From a virus (lineage: Duplodnaviria > Heunggongvirae > Uroviricota > Caudoviricetes), in IMG/VR virus record IMGVR_UViG_3300020045_006153, positions 289,234 to 353,233 of that record: a stretch of 64,000 nucleotides of DNA; one strand, given 5' to 3'. Shown in pieces: positions 58,787-64,000 of the stretch (the stretch's first letter is position 1; every line of letters begins with the position of its first letter). A program made the position numbers and the translations under genes. The notes under the pieces are model-generated. The model saw only the letters and a program-made list of their open reading frames with translations. It ran no database searches and had not been told where the DNA came from.

Positions 58787-60682
58787 TCAGTATGTTTTCG
58801 CTACCGAATTGCTAGCCGCTATCCTTTCTTTTAATATATCTTTTTCTTTTTTAACTTCTTCACTACACAGTATTTCACTGCTCCAACGGAGTAAGAACAT
58901 CATGTATTCGCTTTTACCGTATATGTTAATTGTGTATACTTGATATGCTGTATTAACGTATCCTAAATTAATGCACGTACAATCACATGTTATGTTACGA
59001 CTCTTAAACCATTTTTTTATATAGCACATAGATGCATATGACTTTATCATTACGCTGTTTACTTCTTCTGTGTTATTCTGTGTATAATGAGATTTCATCT
59101 GCGCTCTCGTATCTTACCCAGCGATAGGCGGAGTAATGTCATTTCTTGATCTGTGAAGTTACCCCTGGCTTGTAACTCTGCGTATGTGTTTATTTTATGA
59201 AAAGGAGTGAATGTGCCACCGATCATCTCGTACAGAAATCCTGCTTTACGATTGTAGAGAAAGGTTATGCCGTTAGTTGATTCAATTTTAGTGAATCCTT
59301 TGTCTGTGTTACTCAACTGCATATAGGTCGGATTCGCAGACTATATTGCCGATTTTAAGACGAAGTAATGTCATCTCTTGATCTGTGAAGTTGCCCGTTG
59401 TTTTCAGTTGTTCATATGTGGATATAAAGTTTTCCTTGAACACATTATTCTTAGCATCTATTACATGTTCCATTATCACATTGTCCACGAACACATATAT
59501 AACTGTGTCATTGTTGAATATGGCTAGACGTGGATCAAAGGCTGCGCTTGCTTTTGGGTAGGTAGTTATAATCATTTTGCATATCGCAATACATCAAACA
59601 GTGTTGCCCATTCTCGTGTGGGATACATATGTTCGTAATCATTATACGGGGTCCAGGTACATCGAGTATATGCTTTTTGCAGATATATCCATTTACCTTT
59701 TCTTGTTTTGCGGGGAAAGATAATAAAGGTTTGAACCCACTTAGTATAGTCTATTATGCACGAATCATTCAGTGACATAAGGTCCTCTTTTCTTTAATAG
59801 ATTCATAGTTACAACTGCATCTTCTTTGCAGTACTCCTGTAGTTTACCTATCGTTATAAGGTTATCAACTTCGGACAATTTGCTTGTATAAGAGTAAGAC
59901 CGATTAGCGGAGTAAGGATATGTCTGCTTGTGTTCCTCATTCCAGGAAATGATTGGGCCCAACTTTAAACGTAGCAGAGTTATTTCTTTATCTGTGAACT
60001 TGCCCAACAGTTGAAGTTCTGTGTAGTTTGTAATTCTACGGCGAATGGGATTCAAGCAATGTACCACAGTTTTTTGTGATTTGGTCTCGATGCTTGTTTG
60101 AAATACATAATCACCGTTCTTTATGTACGTAACGTTTCCGTTCTTATTAAGTTCCACGATCTGCCTCTACAAATTTCAGAAATGATTCGTATAACTTTTG
60201 TGTGGGGTTAACCAAAGGGCCAAACTTAAGTTGCAGCACAGTAAGTTCTTTTGCTGTAAAGTATGGTACTAGGTCTTTGTAATCTTCGATATTCTTACCG
60301 CCTTCTATTACCCATGCACGTTGTTGCTCGGGATAGAATCGTACAATGTCGTTGACTAAGTAGCAGTCATTATATAACCCGAAACTTTCAAACTTAACAA
60401 TTTTCATGATAGGTCCAATGTATTAGTGAATTTAAGTTTAAGCAAAAGCATGTCGTGGTCATTTAGTTTTGCTCTTTCTTGCAGCGCATCCCAAGTACGA
60501 ATGCGTTGAGCACCTACAGATACTATTGTATAATTTTCTACCGGGGGTAGATTATTTTGCCAAACTTGTCCGGACCAACCTTGAGTAGCACTCTTTGAAC
60601 AATGTCGAGGATATAAATTAACTCTCGCATCTTCGATTTTCCAGTAGTCACAAAAATCAAGTTGTACGTGTGTAAGTTTCAT
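58787..60682 (-). CDS. Operon of seven small ORFs, most sharing an FTD.E.TLLRL.LG motif
   Basis: 58787, 59095, 59309, 59572, 59765, 60147, 60404; overlapping starts/stops. Confidence 0.6.
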
Positions 60683-60705
60683 ACTACAGTATAACAGGTA
60701 TTACC

Positions 60706-60963
60706 TTATTCGTTGCTGTTATTTTTAATTTCTTGTTGCTTAATTACAACGTTTATCTTTTTATTAAGACGTGCTAGATCGTTGTCTAGAAGTTGTATAC
60801 GTGTTAGTAGTTCTAACAACGCGTCATTGGTTGCGGCAGTACTTCTAACAACTGGTTTGTCAGAAGATGCCCATTTCCATATTGTATACAGTATGAATGC
60901 ACAAATAAGAAAAGCCCCAACTGGTAGGGCCATTTCGGACGTGATCTTTTCTATATTCATCAC
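60706..60963 (-). CDS. Small membrane-anchored coiled-coil protein
   Basis: One TM segment; TAAATA upstream. Confidence 0.5.
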   Translation of the reverse strand: MMNIEKITSEMALPVGAFLICAFILYTIWKWASSDKPVVRSTAATNDALLELLTRIQLLDNDLARLNKKINVVIKQQEIKNNSNE

Positions 60964-61000
60964 GTATTTAAGTTATGTGTGGTATCACATGTATAGGGTG

Positions 61001-61765
61001 TTAACTTGCTTTAAAGATAACTTGTGCAGCAGATGAATCCAACGGTGCTTCGAGTATTGTCCAGTTCGTTCCTAATACAGGAGTTAGATGAATATGACTG
61101 CGAGGTATCCAATACTTGTCCACGTTAATCTTCAACTGATCAACCATATTAGACACTGCACTATCAACGCATATCAATGCTTGCGCATTTTCAATTATCG
61201 TAAGCCAATCAAAAATAGAAGAAGTTACATTTGCTGTGATATTAATTCGCTTCCATTCTTTTGGAATTGCACTAAGATCCGGATTGGCAGTAAAATTAGA
61301 CCCTTCTAAGTGAGTAACATAATACGGTTCTAATGAAGTAGTAAGGCGCTTGTATAACTCAATTTCTTTGTTAAAATACCGAGTAATGCATTGGTCTAAA
61401 TTCCATTTGTTAAGAAAAGGAACGCCTGCTTTGCTGTACTTAAATTCGTCAAAGTGTTGAATTTGAAAGTATGGTACTTTAGACAGTTCTGGCACAACAT
61501 TAAGGCTTTGATACAAACAGAGTATTTCTGTGGCACCAAATGCTTTAATACGTTTCAAGGGTTCTGCGTAGAAGAAATCACCCTTAGTGTCAACTGGGAT
61601 GGGTACCCATTTAACCCAGGGTGCATGGTCTTTAACAGAATGCCAGAACTCTTCGCAGATGGGCCAAATAACTTGATACCCTTGATCAGCGTAATGCTTT
61701 GCAATGGGCAGGGCTATGATGATATCACCGAGGCCACGGCTTTGTATGATTCCGATTTTATTCAT
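61001..61765 (-). CDS. GT9/heptosyltransferase-like protein
   Basis: RGLGDIIIALP; IIENAQALICVDSAV. Confidence 0.7.
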   Translation of the reverse strand: MNKIGIIQSRGLGDIIIALPIAKHYADQGYQVIWPICEEFWHSVKDHAPWVKWVPIPVDTKGDFFYAEPLKRIKAFGATEILCLYQSLNVVPELSKVPYFQIQHFDEFKYSKAGVPFLNKWNLDQCITRYFNKEIELYKRLTTSLEPYYVTHLEGSNFTANPDLSAIPKEWKRINITANVTSSIFDWLTIIENAQALICVDSAVSNMVDQLKINVDKYWIPRSHIHLTPVLGTNWTILEAPLDSSAAQVIFKAS

Positions 61766-62844
61766 TTATATAGTGGTTTGCAAAATTTATACACTTCCGG
61801 AAACTCGGCTTTATCGGCGATACTAACTAGTTCACCGTCAGTATCGATCCAGGCAGATGGTTCTACTGATTGCACTGTCTTTTCTGTGTGTGCTTTTATC
61901 ACTTCATGTGCAAAGGCTAACTCATTGTGTCTTTTCGTGAAAGCCGCGTTGGATGTTTTACGTCGCAACATAAGGATTTCCTCATCGCTCAAAGGGTTGC
62001 GCGCCAAGTGGCTAGATGCATTTAGCACAGTAGTGATACCGCAGGCATAGATGTATTTTTCGTCTTTGGTAGCAAAGTCGCCGTCGACATACAGGCGCAC
62101 ATCGTGTGTGAAGTCTTCGGACTCGATGAATATCTGCTCGTCTCTACGATTCATTCCAGCGCACCAGGGCCCTTTGTCCACTGGCCCCTGCACTGGCTCG
62201 GCGTCATCTTCTTTGTCAAAGCCTTTGGGTCGCCGTGTGTACCCAGCATCGCGCAACTTCTGGCTGCGTGTAGGCTCGGCCTTTGGCTCACTTGGCTGCA
62301 TGGTAGTGTAGAAGCAAGTGCCATCCACAAACCCGTGCTCTGTGCTGTAGGTAACTGGCACCCACATGCCGTACGACTGATCCATATCGAGTGACTTGCA
62401 GCAAATATCTCCGCGAACCACTTTCAGCATTGCAGGTAAGGGGGTTGTCTGTCGGGCCTGGGGTGTAGCGTACAAGTGTGTTCCGTTTGGCACATCAGAG
62501 TGAAAAGTGCAGTAACCAATTTCACCGTTGACGTGATCCGCTGCCGTGGTTGCTACTGCTCCAGCCTTTGCCTCACTTGGCTGCGCGTGGGTGTAGAGCT
62601 TCACGGTGCAATCAGTTGTGGCAAATAAGCCTTGGCCAAATCTATCGTCATAAGCACTTTCCATATCGGATACTTTGATGGCATCAACAGGCTCCTGCGC
62701 TTCAATGGATGCGATGAGTGCGCGGAGGTCGGTGATTTCCTGTTTAACCACATAGTAGGTGGTGCCCTCCTCATTTTTTGCCGATTTGGCTAAGAACTCC
62801 AGAGCCTCCAAAGCAGCCCGCAGGGTAGTGAGTGTGTCAGCCAT
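61762..62844 (-). CDS. Mosaic accessory protein (Ea22/Ead-like modular type)
   Basis: Repeated QEPV/LY..QPSE(A/P)KA/PLSDEEI modules. Confidence 0.55.
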   Translation of the reverse strand: MADTLTTLRAALEALEFLAKSAKNEEGTTYYVVKQEITDLRALIASIEAQEPVDAIKVSDMESAYDDRFGQGLFATTDCTVKLYTHAQPSEAKAGAVATTAADHVNGEIGYCTFHSDVPNGTHLYATPQARQTTPLPAMLKVVRGDICCKSLDMDQSYGMWVPVTYSTEHGFVDGTCFYTTMQPSEPKAEPTRSQKLRDAGYTRRPKGFDKEDDAEPVQGPVDKGPWCAGMNRRDEQIFIESEDFTHDVRLYVDGDFATKDEKYIYACGITTVLNASSHLARNPLSDEEILMLRRKTSNAAFTKRHNELAFAHEVIKAHTEKTVQSVEPSAWIDTDGELVSIADKAEFPEVYKFCKPLYK

Positions 62845-63842
62845 TTGTGGCCTTCTTTGTGAGTGCTATGGTCAAGGCGGCGATGGCTTTGGTTCCCGAC
62901 GGGTGGACAGCGCCGACACCTTGCAAAAAGTCCAAAGCCTCCAGCCCCTGCTGTGCGGCGGCGCGGAGTATTTCCAGTTTGTCCTCCGCTTCTACGGCGG
63001 CATCTGCGTTTTGCTGTGCTGAAATCGATATGCGATCAATCTCTACATCCCGCACGTATAGCGCGGTGCGCAGGTCAGAAATCTCGGCTTGCATGGCGGT
63101 TTCCGATGTTTGCCAGTATGGGCCATCTGGCTGTCGGCGCTCTTTCCACGTCTTGATTTGCGCAGCCCGCTGGGTAGTGAGTGTGTTGTTCATTTAGTTT
63201 CCTCAAGCATCCGAAGATCGGAGGTAAGCACTTCGCACCACACTTTGTCTGGCTTGGATACCAGCGCAAACTGATGCCAATACCCATTCCCACTAAAGTG
63301 GTGGCCTAAGTAAATCAGCCGTTCAGACTGGCCTTTCCAGTTGTAGCGTTCGCCCATTTTGAATTTAATTTGCTCAGCCATTGGTGGCCTCCTTTATTTG
63401 CGGGAATGCATTGATGAGAAACTGGACAATCTTTGCGGCTTTGTCTGCGTCAATATCGATGCTGGTTTCGCTGTCGCTATACCAGTGGTCATGCGAATGC
63501 TCGGTGTATTCAAGGCAAACGTCTTTGTAAGTATCTGTCCATTGGGTTTCAACAAGACTACAGCTTGAAGTGAGTTCTACTCTTTTCTCATCAGCCATTT
63601 GTGGCCTCCTTTGTGAAGATTGCCCAAGCGTCATCATCGGTCGTGTAAGGAACGCAGGGCGTGTCGTAAGAATCTCTACCGGCTTGAAAGATTGCGCGTT
63701 TGCTTTCCAGCGTCTTCCGCAGCGCCTTGTTTTCCGCAGCCAGTATGTAATACTTTCTGTCCAGGAATTCCGCGTGCGCTATGTTCTCTTCGCGTAGCCG
63801 GTCGCGCTCTGCTTTGATTTGGTCTATTGCTTCTTGATTCAT
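62837..63842 (-). CDS. Four coupled accessory ORFs (62837-63193, 63190-63381, 63374-63598, 63591-63842)
   Basis: GGAGGCCAC RBS junctions with overlapping stop/start. Confidence 0.55.
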
Positions 63843-64000
63843 TTGGTGGCCTCCTTTGTGAGTTCTTCGTCGATGGCAGCGTCGAGTTCACTGGCTTCGT
63901 AGATGTCAAAGTGCGGGTTCTTTACAACGGCGAAACAGAAATCTTCGTTGTCTTGGATGCGCAGCCACCGATACCGTGCCGCATCTTTGCGTAGCGTGTC

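Noticed and set aside
58787-60682. Diversity-generating retroelement targets
   Set aside because: No reverse transcriptase and no TR/VR pair differing only at adenines

Overview
Segment of a large lytic myovirus genome with T4-like core genes (jumbo-phage style). 1-30.6 kb is an AT-rich core: neck, tail and terminase genes, then gp32/UvsX/UvsY/UvsW, a clamp-loader-like subunit, a short family-C polymerase fragment, primase and helicase. 30.6-34 kb holds glycosyltransferase, methyltransferase and nucleotidase genes. 34.8-57.5 kb is a GC-richer minus-strand array of >50 small cassettes (hand count), each with a copy of one sigma70-type promoter. A DnaA-box/palindrome array (57.5-57.8 kb), tRNAs and more accessory ORFs follow. 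Most unusual: (i) a ~2 kb block (37.15-39.18 kb) whose coding strand almost lacks TC and CC, down to proline-free proteins; (ii) the regularly built DnaA-box array; (iii) unannotated micro-genes, including a 40-aa type IV pilin mimic and an Rmf-like peptide. All product calls come from motif recognition by eye, without database searches. Counts are manual.
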